Shown here piece after piece: positions 41,787-54,660 of a stretch of 64,000 nucleotides of DNA. The position numbers and the translations under genes were made by a program. This stretch comes from the human T2T-CHM13v2.0 reference genome, Homo sapiens, in NCBI RefSeq assembly GCF_009914755.1, contig NC_060947.1. The stretch is one strand, 5' to 3'. Within the stretch, counting starts at the first letter, position 1, and every line of letters begins with the position of its first letter. Under the pieces are notes generated by a model that worked only from the letters and a program-made list of their open reading frames with translations, was not told the DNA's origin and made no database searches.

Positions 41787-42109
41787 GATCAGAACTTGAG
41801 GCTAATGTCCCTCAGAGAGTAAGTTTAATTCCTGGAAGACATGACAGACGTCTTCTAGCTTTACTCTTTTCTACGACATAGACTACCTGGTTGTTACTAC
41901 ATTGTGTACAACTGATTCTAGAAAGTCTGAGAAAGAACGAGAGTCTACAAATGAGTGACCGCTAATGAATTTAAAAACCAAAAGGACACATTCTTCTGTT
42001 GGTATACCATTCATATTGATGAGGGTGGGAAGAAGGAGACAAAAAGGGGAAAGGGATATATAGAGATAGTTATTTATTGAGTGCTGGCTAAAAAGCACAG
42101 CACATAGGG

Positions 42110-42273
42110 AAATATATAATCATATGGCATGGGTTATGCATTGTTGCTGTCGCCATGAGTTAGACAGTAGCTAACATGTAATTTATCAGATCACCAGATA
42201 GTTTATTTGTACTTCACCACAGGGTAAATTTTTCTATCTACTAAAGGTGCCCATAATATATAGAAAAAAATAT
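42110..42273 (+). repeat. ~160-bp direct repeat, copy A
   Basis: Matches 43690-43847 with 3 substitutions and 3 small indels (hand alignment). Confidence 0.95.
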
Positions 42274-42925
42274 ATTTATGATATAATAGATATATCATAA
42301 AAGAATGGACAACTTACACTTAGAAGTAAAATCAAATATATCCAAAGCAATGTAATATCCTAGAAAAAAATGTTGACAATATAGTTTATTTCTAATTACA
42401 CTGGCAGTAATTAGGCTCTATATGCACATTCCATAGTTGTCTAAGAATGATACCAAGATTGTCTATAAATAAATAAGAAGGCTTGAGAATGTTTAACTCT
42501 ACAGTTACCATATTTTATTAATAGGGCTACATAATGTTTGAATAAAATATGACTAAAGATAATTAAATTATAAACTCTGAAAATTAACATTTTTCTCTTT
42601 CAATATGTTTTATAAAGTATCATAATAATTTTCAGAAAGTTATATTATCTATTAATTTTGCTATGTTGGCAATTATACAAATTCATATGTATATATTTGT
42701 ATATATTGATTATACTTTAAAACTCACACGATCAAGCAGCTTACTGATTTTTTCATTATATGATCTTCAGACCAACAAAAAATCTTTCTACTGTTTTAGA
42801 AGTAGAAGCATATAAAACTTATGTTAGTTGTTATTACATTATATTCGTCATTCGTGTGACACTTTTCTGCCTTTTTTCTGGGTATTTCACATAGAAAACT
42901 ACTCAGTTACATCTCTTATTTATAG

Positions 42926-43009
42926 TTATGATGCCCAACAATAGAGAGGAACTTATTGTTGATCAAGATAATGGACTAACCATCAAAAAATTCCAAAAAG
43001 ATAATTAAG
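42926..43009 (+). CDS. DACH2: DACH2 alternative cassette exon, 84 nt, phase 1 to 1, with in-frame TAA at 43006-43008
   Basis: Acceptor atctcttatttatag|TT and donor TAAG|gtaaaa. Spliced after 40165 it reads (V)MMPNNREELIVDQDNGLTIKKFQKDN*. This matches my recollection of the mouse Dach2 segment VMMPNNREELIVDQDNGQSIKKFQRDNK. Confidence 0.8.
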
Positions 43010-43689
43010 GTAAAATGATTTTTGCTTATTTGATACACATATAATAATCAGATACTAACTCAGTTAACACCTGTGTGCTGTATACTGCATCCACATTTCC
43101 CTTAGTAAGAATAGATTCATACCAGATTTGGATAAATTATTTTAATAGTAGAAAACATGATGTTTATCTGAAGATTGTTTATTTGGGAGGTTATAAATTA
43201 CATATCCGCCTGAAATTTTTCTGTGCATATAGTTGGAAACTTTATCTTAAGCCCTCTTACTATGCCAGCTCAGAGACATCTGACTCCCTTTGTATTACAT
43301 ATTTACTTTTTTAACTATGTTTAAATGATTCACCATTTGCTGGTTATAGTTGACGGTTATATTTGACAAAACTGAGTTGCTGTCATAGAGGGGAGCTGCT
43401 TCCCTCAATCCTTGAAAGTTATTTTAAAAATATGTGCTAATTTGGACATTTCAGATGAAAGCTTAGCAAGTTAGCCCATCAGGTATTTACCTGGAATACT
43501 GATAGATATGATCTCAACCTGCCTTTTGATCTGCTGAGGTACATGTGTCACCTCTGCATAGTATCCAGTTTTGTCTTAGGAGAGCTGTTCAAGGAAGATA
43601 GAGAAAGTAAGAATTTTAAAGTGATGCTCTCCTAATATGAAAACTGAGTACAACTTTGTTTGTAAGGCTGAAAGTATAAGAGAAAAGGA

Positions 43690-43847
43690 AAATATATAAT
43701 CATATGGCATGGGTTATGCATTGTTGCTGTCACCATGAGTTAGACAGTAGCTAACATGTAATTTATCAGATCATCAGTTTATTGTACTTCACCACAGGGT
43801 AAATTTTTCTATTTACTAAAGGTGCCCATAATATATAGAAAAAATAT
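43690..43847 (+). repeat. ~160-bp direct repeat, copy B
   Basis: aaatatataatcatatggcatgggttatgcattgttgctgtc...aaaggtgcccataatatatagaaaaaa is shared with 42110-42273. Confidence 0.95.
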
Positions 43848-45547
43848 TTCATGAACTGAAGAGTTAATGAAGAATATTTTCTATTTTCTGTAAACTGAAC
43901 GTGCTTCATAATTACCTAGATGAGCATTTTAGTTGGAATTTGAAATAATATATGATTTTAATTTCATTGATCTATGGTTGGTTTCCTTGCCACATGTTTT
44001 GTCTTTTCTTAGCCTGACAGTGAAAGGCTATACCCTCTGGGGCTCCAAAATGCAGATGATTGATTTCAGAATAGTTGTCAGAAAGAAAGTCAGGTTCATG
44101 ATATTAAACTACCCAAACTCTTGCACAGGTAATGAAAGTCTAGTTATAGTTGAAACTTCATTTATAACCCAGCAACAATTTGTTCCTGAGACTTTTTTCC
44201 CACCATGTCATGATTATTTAAAGGACATCTTGATAGTAAAGCAGCTTTGCTAGGAAAGTCCCAAGCTGTACATGATGCATATGATACAATCAGAGCTGCA
44301 AACCCCATAAGTCAAAATGGCATTTGGGACTGTCCCACGTACTGCAGCACTCAAGTATACACTATTGTGTCTTATGAAAAATCAGTTCAAGCATTACTAC
44401 AGATGTACAGTATCTGATTTTCATAAAATATATAGTAGTATGCACTGGTATTTCTGAATTTCTTGCTGTGGAATGGTAGAATATTACTTGTTTAACTCAA
44501 ATAAGTTGGTCACATATCCTGATGAGGACATTAATAAGCAAGAGTGGCATATTAAACTGCACCCCAGTTATAGTGGAAAGGTTTTTATTAAAAAAATGGG
44601 ATTCTCTATGTCAAGTTCTTCCAGTTATATTTGTGACGGTAAGAAAAAAATATATTTTCCTGAAATAGAGTTTAGTTATTAAAAGGGAATGAGTTAAAGT
44701 AGAAGTGTCAACATTTATTAACTGTGACAAGTAAGCAGTTTATACAACTGTGGCAAACATATGTTTTCACATCTGCTTTGAGTATCATCATGATTTTAAA
44801 AATGATTTATAGCTCTGAAAATTATAAAATGCCAGCTTTGCTATCATGAAGGAATTTTCAGAACATTAAGACATACCTTTAGAGTATTCATGTAGCCCAC
44901 CCTTACTGTATCTGGTAAAACTGGATGACATTATAATACATGTCTCAAAGTCTGCATGACCTGAGCTTTCACGGCATTGATATCCATTTTGACTATGCCT
45001 AATATTGTGATTTTAGTTTTGAATCAAGTATTTTGAATAAACTGATCAGTCAAATAAAGCTTTTGATTTTATTTTTTCACAGACTATGTCAAATAAATCG
45101 ACCAAATTAATCACGTTATGACATTGTGTTATGTGGTCTTTAACAGTCAGTTCTGGGATTCTTTAGAGTACAGCAATTACGGCTATTCACTCTACTTTAC
45201 CTGTGTGGAAACAAAGGCACAGAGTAAAACCCCCTTCCTCTGGCAGCCACTCATCTCTCAAACTGCTATCAGGAATAGGGTTTTTGTGATATTTTGCACT
45301 GGGAAGTAAATGTTTTCAATAGAAAACTCTCTATGTGCAAGATGCCCCAAGCACTCTGATTATCAAATCTGATATGCTACAGAAATAGTGGAACAATAAA
45401 TTCACCATCCAGCCCAAGAATTTAGCCCATTGAAATGTTATATTTTAAGTTAACCCACAGCCTACAGATGAACAGCTAATAGTTTTAACATCCTTTGGTC
45501 ACAATAGTATATATTATATTTTACCTGGAATAAAAGCATTGTCATAT

Positions 45548-46365
45548 TTCTTTTTCAACTTTTAAGTTCAGAGGTACAAGTGCAGGTTTGTTATGTATGT
45601 AAATTCTGTGTCACTTGGGTTTGGCGTACAGATTATTTTGTCACCCAGGTAATAAGCATTGTATCTGACATGTAGTTTTTGAATCCTCTCCCTCTTCCCA
45701 ACCTCCACCCTCAAGTAGGCCCCAGTGTCTGTGGTTCTTTTCTTTGTTTCTATGTGTTCTCAATATTTATGTTCCACTTATAAGTGAAAACATGCAGTAT
45801 TTGGTTTTCTGTTCCTGCATTAGTTCTCTCTCTTAGCCTCCAACCCCATCCATGTTGCTGCAAAGGACATCGTCCTGTCCTTTTTTATGGCTGCATAATA
45901 TTCCATGGTGTATATGTACCATGTTTTTAATGGGCATTTAGGTTGATTTAACGTCTCTGCTCTTGTGAACAGTGCTGCAATGAACATACACATGCATGAT
46001 TTAGAATGATTTATATTCCTTTGGGTACATATCCAATAATGGGATTGCTGGCTCAAATGGTAGTTCTATTTTAAGTTCTTTGAGAAATCGCCAAACTGCT
46101 TTCCCCAGTGACTGAACTAGTTTACATTTCCACCACCAGTGTATAAGCATTCCTTTTTCTCCACAACCTTGCCATCATCTGTTGTTTATTGACTTTTTAG
46201 TGATACCCATTCTGATTGGTGTGAGATGGTATCTCATAGTGGTTTTGGTTTGCATTTCTCTAATGATCAATGATATTGAACATTTTTTACATGCTGCTGG
46301 CTATATGTATGCCTTCTTTTGAAAAGTCTGTTCATGTCCTTCGTCCACTTTTTAATGAAGTTGTT
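45548..46365 (-). mobile_element. Older L1PA (about L1PA13-16) 3' end
   Basis: caacttttaagttcagaggtacaagtgcaggtttgtt terminus; minus-strand MFIAALFTRAETLNQPKCP...WYIYTMEYYAAIKK. Confidence 0.85.
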
Positions 46366-49300
46366 TGCTTTTATTTTTTAAGGTAGAATATTATTTCATT
46401 GCATGGATACATCATATTTTGTTTATCCATTCATCAGTTGAAGGATATTTGGGATACCTCCACCTTTTGGCTGTTACAAATAATGCTGCTGGGAACATTT
46501 GCATACAGTTTTGGGTTGACTTGTGTTTTCATTTCACATGTATATATACTTAGGAGTGAAATTGATGTGTCTTATGGTAATTTTGTGTTTAAGCACTTGA
46601 GGAACTACCACACTCTTTGCCAAAGTGGATGCAGCCGTTTACATTTCCACCAGCAATATATGAAGGTTTTAATTTCTCCCTGCTCTCTCCAACACTTACT
46701 ATTTTCTGTGATTTTGATTATAGCTAGACTAATGTTTGCGATGTATTATCTCATTTTGGCTTTGATTTGTATTCCCTGATGAATAATCATTTTGAGCATC
46801 TTTTCCTGTGTTTATTGGCTATTTATACATCTTCTTTGGACAAATATCTATTTAAGTCCTTTGTCAATTTTTATTAGGCATTTTAATTATTTATTTTATT
46901 TAATTTATCATTTGTTTTTAAGTTGTAGGAGTTCTTTTTATATTATGGATACAATATCTTTATCAGGCATGTGACTTCTAAATATTTTATCCCATTTTGT
47001 GGGTTATCTTTTTACTGTTTTCGTAGTATCCTTTGATGGACAGGTTATTCATTTTCATAAAGATCAATTTATCTATTTTTTGACACATGTGCTTTTGGTG
47101 TTGTATCTAAGAATGCTTCGTCCTTACACTTAGATCTGTACTCCCCTTTGAGTTAATTTTTGTTGTGTTAGATAGGGGACCAACTTCATTATTTTGCATT
47201 TGAACATTCAATCATCCTAGCACTGTTTGTTTTAAACATTTCCTCATTGAATTAAGTAGGCACCCTCATCAAAAATCACTTCTCTGTAAAATTAAGCACT
47301 GATTTCTGGACACTCAATTATGTTTAATTATCTGCGTGTCTATTCTTTTGCCAATATCATACTATCTTGATTACTATAGCTTTATAATAAGTTTTAAAAT
47401 AAAGACATATGAGTCTTTTATTATTTTATTCAGAATTGCTTTGGGTCTATTTGATCCTTTGTGTTTCTATGAGAATTTTTAGATCAGTTTCTGATAAGAT
47501 ATCAACTGGAATTACAACAAGGATTCTATTGAAACTGTAGATACATTTGCCGAGTATTGCCATATCAGCAGTATTAAGCAGTATTAAGTATTTTGAACCA
47601 TGAAAACAAGATATTTTCCTTTTATTCAGGTTCTCTTCAATTTCTTCCAGCAATGTTTTGTCGTTTTCAAACTATACATTTTGCACTTCTTTAAAGTTTA
47701 CTCCTCAGTACAGCCATACCCCAGAGATATCATGTGTTTGGTTCCAGACCACCACGATAAAGCATATATTGCAATAAAGCAAGTCACACAAATTGATTTC
47801 TCAGTGCATGTAAGAGTTATATTTACACAATACTGTAGTCTATTAAGTGTGTGATGCCATTATGTCTAAAAAACAGTATACATACCTTAATTTGAAAATA
47901 CTTCATTGCTAAAATAATAGTAATGATTATCTAAGCCTTCGCCGAGTCATAATCTTTTTACTGGTGGAGGGCCTTGCCTTGATGTTGATGGCTGCTGACA
48001 GATCAGGGTGGTGGTCACTGAAGGTTGGGGTGGCTGTGGAAATTCCTTAATATAAGACAGCAATGAAGTTTGCCACATCAATTGACTTTTCCTTTCATGA
48101 AAGATTTCTCTGTAGCATGTGATGCTGTTTGAAGGCATCTTACCTGCAGTAAATTTCTTTCAAAATTTGAGACAATTCTCTTAAACTCTACCACTCTTTT
48201 ACCAACTAACTTTATGTAATATTCCAAATACTTTGTTGTCATTTCAACAGTGTTCACAACATTTTTATCAGGAGTATATTCCGTCTCAGTAAACCATGTT
48301 CTTTGTTCATCCATAAAATAACAACTCTTCATCCATTCAAGTTTTATCATGAGATTGCAGCAATTTAGTCATATATTCACATTTTACTTCTAATTCTAGT
48401 ACTTTTGCGATTTTCACATGTGCAGTGACTTCCTCCACTGAAGTCTTGAGTCCCTCAAAGTCATCCACAAGGGTTGGAATAAACTTCTTCCAAACTCTTG
48501 TTAATGTTGGCATTTTGACCTCTTTCCATGAATCACAAATGTTTGCAATAACATTTAGTATGGTGAATTCTTTTCAGAAAGTTTTCAATTTATGTTGCTC
48601 AGATCCATTAGAGTAATCTCTATATATGGAAGCTATAGCTTTGCCAAATGCCTTTCTTAAATAACGAAACTCGAAAGTCAAACAATTACTCCGTATTACA
48701 TAGCTGCAGAATGTATGTTGTGTTAGCAGGCATGAAAAATGAATTTCTTTTTACAGAGCTCTCAGGTAACTAGATTCATTTGCAGTGAGCAGTAATATTT
48801 TGCAAGGAATCTTTTCTTTTTGAGCCATAGGTCTCAATAGTGGGCTTAAAATGTTCAGTAAAGCATGCTGTAAATAGATGTGCCATTATCCAGGCTTCAT
48901 GGCTCCATCATAGAGCAGAGACAGAATAGAATTTGGCATAACTCTTAAGAATTACAGGGTTTTTATTTTTGTAATGGAAAATGTGCATTGGCTTGAACTT
49001 AAAGTCACCAACTGCATTATCCCCTAATAGGAGAGTTAGCCTGTCCTTTGAAGCTTTGAAGCCAGGTATGGCTTCTCTTCTCTAGCTATGATAGTCCTAG
49101 ATGGCATCTTCTTCCAATATAAGGGTGTTTTGTCTACACTGAAACCTATTATTTAGTGTAGCCACCTTCCTCAATGATCTTAGCTAGATTTTATGGATAA
49201 CTTGCTGCAGCTTCTACATCCACACTCGCTGCTTCACCTTGCACTTTTATGTTAAGGAGATTGTTCCTTTACTTAAACCTCATAAACCCACGTTTGTTAG

Positions 49301-50680
49301 ATACCAACTTTTCTTCTGCAGCTTCTTAACCTCTTTCAGCCTACAAGGAATTAAAGAGAGGTAGGGCCTTGCTCTGGATTAGGATTTGAATTAAAGAAAT
49401 GTTGTGACTTGTTTGATCTTCCATCCAGATAACTACAAGTTTCTCCATATCAAGAATAAGGCTAGCTCACTTTCTTGTCATTTGTGTTTTCACTGGAGTA
49501 GCACTCTTAATGTCCTTCAAGAACTTTTCCTTTGCATTCACAACTTGGCTAACTGTTTGGTGCAAGAGGCCTAGCTTTCAGCCTATCTTGGCTTTTGACA
49601 TGCCTTCCTTACTAAGCTTAATCATTTCTAGCTTTCGATTTAAAGCGAGATACATGTGACTATTCCTCTTACTTGAACACTTAGAGGCCACTGGAGGATT
49701 AGTAGTTGACATAATTTCAATATTGTTGTATCTCAGGGAATAGAAGACCTGAGCAGAGGAAGAGAAATGGGGGGACGACAGGTCAGTGAAGCAGTCAGAA
49801 CATGCAAAGCATTTATCAATTACGTTTGCCATTGTATATAGGAGCAGTGCATGGAGTCCCAAAACAATTAGAGTAACATCAAAGATCGCTGATAATAGAC
49901 CACCATAAGTGATATAATAATAATTAAAAGTTTGAAATTTCATGAGAATTACCAATATGTGGCACAGAGACAAAATGTGAACAAGTGCTATTGGAAAAAT
50001 GACACCAATAGACTTGCTCAATGCAAGGTTGCCACAAACATTTAGTTTGTAAAAAATATAGTATCTGTAAAGTGCAAAGAACAGGGTATGCCTGTATTTT
50101 GTTTTTTAATGTTTTCAAATTTATAAGTGAAATTGTTTTGTTAATTTTAATTTCAGATTGCTCACTGCTGTGTATAGAAATATAATTAATTTTTCTATAT
50201 TGTTCTTATATTCTTCAACTTTATTAATTTTTTTAGCTTTAATGGTTTTATATAGATTCTTTACAATTTTTTTCTGTAGTTTCTTTAAGAATTTTCTCTA
50301 TATAAGATCATACTATCTGCAAATTGAGATAGTCTTATTTATCTTTTTCAATCTATATGCCTTTTATTTCTATTTCTTGCCTTATTCTGTGGCTAGAGAC
50401 TGCAATACAATGTTGAATAGACATGGTGAGAGTGAATATCCTTGTCTTATTTCTTATCTCAAGAGGAAAGCTTTCAGTTTTTACCATTGAATATTATGTG
50501 ATTAGTGGGCTTTATATAGATGTCTTTTATCAGATTGATGAAGTTTTCATCTATGCTTAGTTTGTTTTGTGTATTTACTATGAAAACACATTGTATTTTG
50601 TCACATTGTTTTGCTGTATCTATCAAGATGACATTGTGGTTTTTGTGCTTTATTAGTACAATTCATTACATTGATTTTTC
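46366..50680 (-). mobile_element. Old L1M ORF2 fragment split by Tigger1
   Basis: Degenerate antisense ORF2 continues on both sides of the Tigger1 insertion. Confidence 0.75.
47711..50094 (-). mobile_element. Near full-length Tigger1 (TcMar-Tigger) DNA transposon with decayed transposase
   Basis: TA|cagccataccc...gggtatgcctg|TA terminal inverted repeats and TA TSD; 2384 bp. Minus-strand ASKCSSKRNSHMYLALNRKLEMIKLSKEGMSKAKIG and [17 protein letters not shown]...QGPPPVKRL are the transposase N- and C-termini. Confidence 0.95.
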
Positions 50681-50699
50681 TAAGTAAATTCTATTTCTA

Positions 50700-52695
50700 T
50701 TATTATTCTTTGTTGTAAAAACTTAATATGCTTAATATGAGACCTACCATCTTACACATTTTTAAGTGCTCAATAGACTAGTGTTGACTGTAGGCACAAT
50801 GCTGTACAGCAGATCTCTTGAACTTATTCATTTTGCATAACTGAAACTTTAAACCAGTTGAACAGCAACTCTCCATGTCTCTCTCTCTACAGCCCCTGGC
50901 GACGACTATTCACTCTCTGTTTCTATGAGTTTGGCTATTTTACATAACTAATATATGTGGAATCATGCAGTGTTTGTCATTGTGTGACTGGCTTTTTTCA
51001 TTTAGCCAAATGTCCACCAGGTTCATCCAATGTTGTCACATATGGCAAGACTTCTGTCTTTTTTAAGGCTGAATAATATTTTATTGTATTATGTAGCACA
51101 TTTTATTTATCAATTTCATCCATAAGTTGGCATTTGGGTTATTTCCATGTATTTGTTATTGTGCATAATACTGGTATCAATGTTGGTGTACAAATATCAG
51201 TCCAGGTTCCTGCTTTTCATACTTTTGGTTTTATACCCGGAAGTGGAAAGCTGGATCATATGGCTATTTTATGTTTTAAAAATATATTTTGAGGAGCTAC
51301 CATACTGTTTTCCACATTGAGTGACTGCACAATTTTATATTGCAACTAAAAGTGCACAAGGTTCTAGTTTATCCAAATCCTTATTTCCTATCTCATTCTA
51401 TGATACCAAAACTTGGCACCAAAACCTGATACCAAAACCTGGCAGAGTTTTCAAAAAGAGAAAACCTCAAGCCAATATCCTTGATAAACATCAAGGCAAA
51501 AGTTCTTAACAAAATACTGGCAAACTGAATCCAGCAGCATATTAAAAAGCTACTCCATCATGATAGAGTAGGCGTCATCCACGGATACAAGATTGGTTCA
51601 ACATATAAAAATCAATAAATGTGTTTCATCACATAAACAGAACTAAAGACAAAAACCACATGATTTGCTAAGTGAGACTAGTGTGAAAAAAAAATCAACA
51701 ACACACAATTATCTCAACAGAGGCAGAAAAGGCTTTCAATAAAATTCAACACCCCTTCATGTTAAAAACTCTCAATAAACTAGGTATTGAGGGAACATAC
51801 CTCCAAATAATAAGAGCCACCTATGCTTTCAACATTAGGTCAAATTAGATACAATGAAGGGCTCTCATGCTACAATATAATTAGATTCTAGCTAAATTGA
51901 CATGTGTTTTGTGCATTGTTGGACTCACAATATGTAAATACTGGTGAAGCACACAAAAAACAAGAAGACAGAAGTAAAGGCAGGTAGGCAGGCAGGAAGG
52001 AAGGAAATAGGAAAAAAAAAGAAAGTATGCACAGGATTGAAAGCCAACTATCAAAAATACACATGCAGTCATATGTTTATTGCGGTGCTATTCACAAAAG
52101 CAAAAATATGAAATCAACCTAGCTGCCCATCAACAGTGGATTGGATAAAGAAAATGTGCTACATATACAACATGGAATATTACAGAAATAAAAAGAACAA
52201 TATCATGTCCTTTTCAGTAACGTGGATGGAGCTGGAGGCCAATTATCCTAAACAATCAAATGCAAGAACACAAAACCAAATACCACATATTTTCACTTAT
52301 AAGTTTGAGCTAAACATTGAATACATATGAATGTAAAGATGGGAACCGAGGGACAGGGGGTGGGCAGAAGAACAGTCTGTTGGGTTCTATGCTTACTTCC
52401 TGGGTGTCAATATCACAGGGACGTCTAGCCTCCGAATCACATGATTTACTCATGTAACAAACCTATACATGTACCCTTTAACCTATAATAAAATTTGAAA
52501 TGTTAAAAAAACTACGAATTTCTAATTTCTCAACATCCTTTCTAATACTTATCTTTTGTATTTTGATGAAACCACACTAGCAGGTGAAAGGTGATATCTC
52601 ACTGTGGTTATTAATTGCATTTCCTTGTGATTACTGATGTTGACCAACTTTTCATATATCTATTGGCCATTTTTATGTCTGTTTTGGAGAAATAA
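50700..52695 (-). mobile_element. L1MA-like 3' region interrupted by a sense L1
   Basis: Antisense 3' UTR and ORF2 end (gctgtacagcagatctcttgaacttattc) resumes at about 52520 after the insert. Confidence 0.7.
51390..52510 (+). mobile_element. Rearranged L1PA-type insert: ORF2 piece, non-L1 filler, 3' end
   Basis: 51390-51825 is ORF2; 52048-52510 is the ORF2 C-terminus (DWIKKMCYIYNMEYY) and 3' UTR; 51826-52047 is not recognisable as L1. Confidence 0.75.
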
Positions 52696-53338
52696 ATAAA
52701 TAGATATATATATACCTTGACATAGGCTTATTATTAAAAGGTTAGACTTTTGAAATAAAGTTTTTATTTTAAAAGGTACACATAGTTATTCTATGATTTT
52801 AGTAATCACTATGTAATGCTATTATCTCAACAAACAGATTTTAAAGAACCAGGATAACTAAATTACAATATTACAAATAATACAACTAAGGCTATTTGAT
52901 TTTTTGCAGGAATCATAGATTTGATTGTCTTGGATCAGAACATAGCATTTTTCTAAATAGTAATTGCAGATTATATCCTTGCATAATAAATCCTGCTAGT
53001 ATGATGGGTGACTATGGAAGTCTTGGAAAAAGAATAAGTAAAATGTAATTTAAAAATATTCTGTGTTATGATAGAGAAGAGTCAAGTAAACTGATATTTG
53101 TACATTTGTATTCAAATTACTTTATTTTCAATTAGCTTAATCCTGAATATAAACCATGTTATCACTACACTAATATCATCATATGAACTTATTAGAACAG
53201 TTGTATAAATATGACTAAGAGATTATTAATATAGAATTAGCAATAAGTAAGTTTATATTATTTGAGCTCTCATATTTTATGTCTTTTATTTCAATATAAT
53301 CTCAAATGCTGCCTGTAGAATTTAGCCTTATTAAAAGT

Positions 53339-53375
53339 ACACACACACACACACACACACACCCCGACACACACA
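53339..53375. repeat. (AC)n microsatellite
   Basis: (AC)12 at 53339-53362 followed by an interrupted AC run. Confidence 0.95.
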
Positions 53376-54189
53376 AATCATGGTTCATTTATTGTTTTAA
53401 AATGGCTCTTGGTTAAAAGGAAGAGAAATACACTCCGGTTACTTCCAGTCTGTTATATGTGTTATTACTGATTTTCATGCTAACTGTCTAAATAAGGATG
53501 TTTGAGAACTATAATAAATCTCGACATCAGGTGCAAATATAAATTTCTCCAAAACAGACATAAATACATTCATTCATTCATTCTGAATGCATTTGTTTAG
53601 ATAACTGCATTATGTAAGTCACTGGGAAAAAGAATAAAAAAGTATTTAAAATTCCTTATGATGCATTAAATTATAGTTAGATAAATGTATTTACTGTTTA
53701 CATTGTCATAAACAGAGGAATCTAGATGGTTTCAGTGATGACAATAGATCAGACCTGATCTTGTTATTGTATTATGAGAGTAAATGTTATCAAAGTCTAG
53801 TTAGCATTTCATGTGACAGTGATATAACAACAAAAAGAGTTTTCACATGCACGGTTTTATCCGGATCATAATTCCAGTTCTTACTATGATTTCCATTAAT
53901 TATTTTTATAAATGATGTCTTCTGTACCCTACATTATTTCAGGCGTTGAGAATGTAATGATGAGAGATATTATTCCTGTCCCCAAGGAGCTCACAGAGAA
54001 TGCAATAATTCTAAAATGCATCTAAAATACAGGTGCTTTTCTTCAGAGTAAAGTTGTGTTTGTTTATGATAAGAGAGCGCTACTGACCTGAAGGTCCTGT
54101 CTATATTAATGGGAGTCTCAAATTCAGCATCCACACCTTACTTTGGGCTCAAGTTTTATCTTTTGATCTCTCTACCTGTATTTGAGGCC

Positions 54190-54660
54190 CTTAAACTGAA
54201 CCAAATATGAGCTCACAATAAAAAAAAAAAAACAAATGTTCAAACACACAAGGAATCCAACCACCATGAGAGCATCACAGAAACAGCTAAGCATAGATTT
54301 AGATCCGTAACTATTCAGACATATAGTTATTTTACACTTTATCTGAGCTGCCTAGGGAATTAAAACATGGAATTAAATTAATAAGCAAGAAACTAGAGAT
54401 TACTAACATTTCCAAACAGATTTTTAAAGTACCAAATATAATTGTTAGAAATAAATTAACGTAAACATTGAAATGAAAAACTAGATGAATGAGTTAATCA
54501 ACAGAATAAAACTAAAGAAAGAAGTACTGAACTGAAAAATAAATATGAAAAAATCATCTAGAATGTAGTACAGACAGACAAGGTGACAGAAAAATATGAG
54601 AGTTTAAGATGAATGAGGATAGGGAAAAATATAAATGAGGATATGGCAATAAGTTCTAAC
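54190..54660 (+). mobile_element. Ancient L1M 5'/ORF1-like fragment
   Basis: A-rich sequence resembling the ORF1 coiled-coil region (tagatgaatgagttaatcaacaga...gaactgaaaaataaatatgaa...tagaatgtagtacagacagac). Confidence 0.55.

Noticed and set aside
49578-50021. 147-aa ORF as a domesticated TIGD-like gene
   Set aside because: Only its last ~37 residues are transposase, followed by a stop; the rest of the transposase is fragmented.
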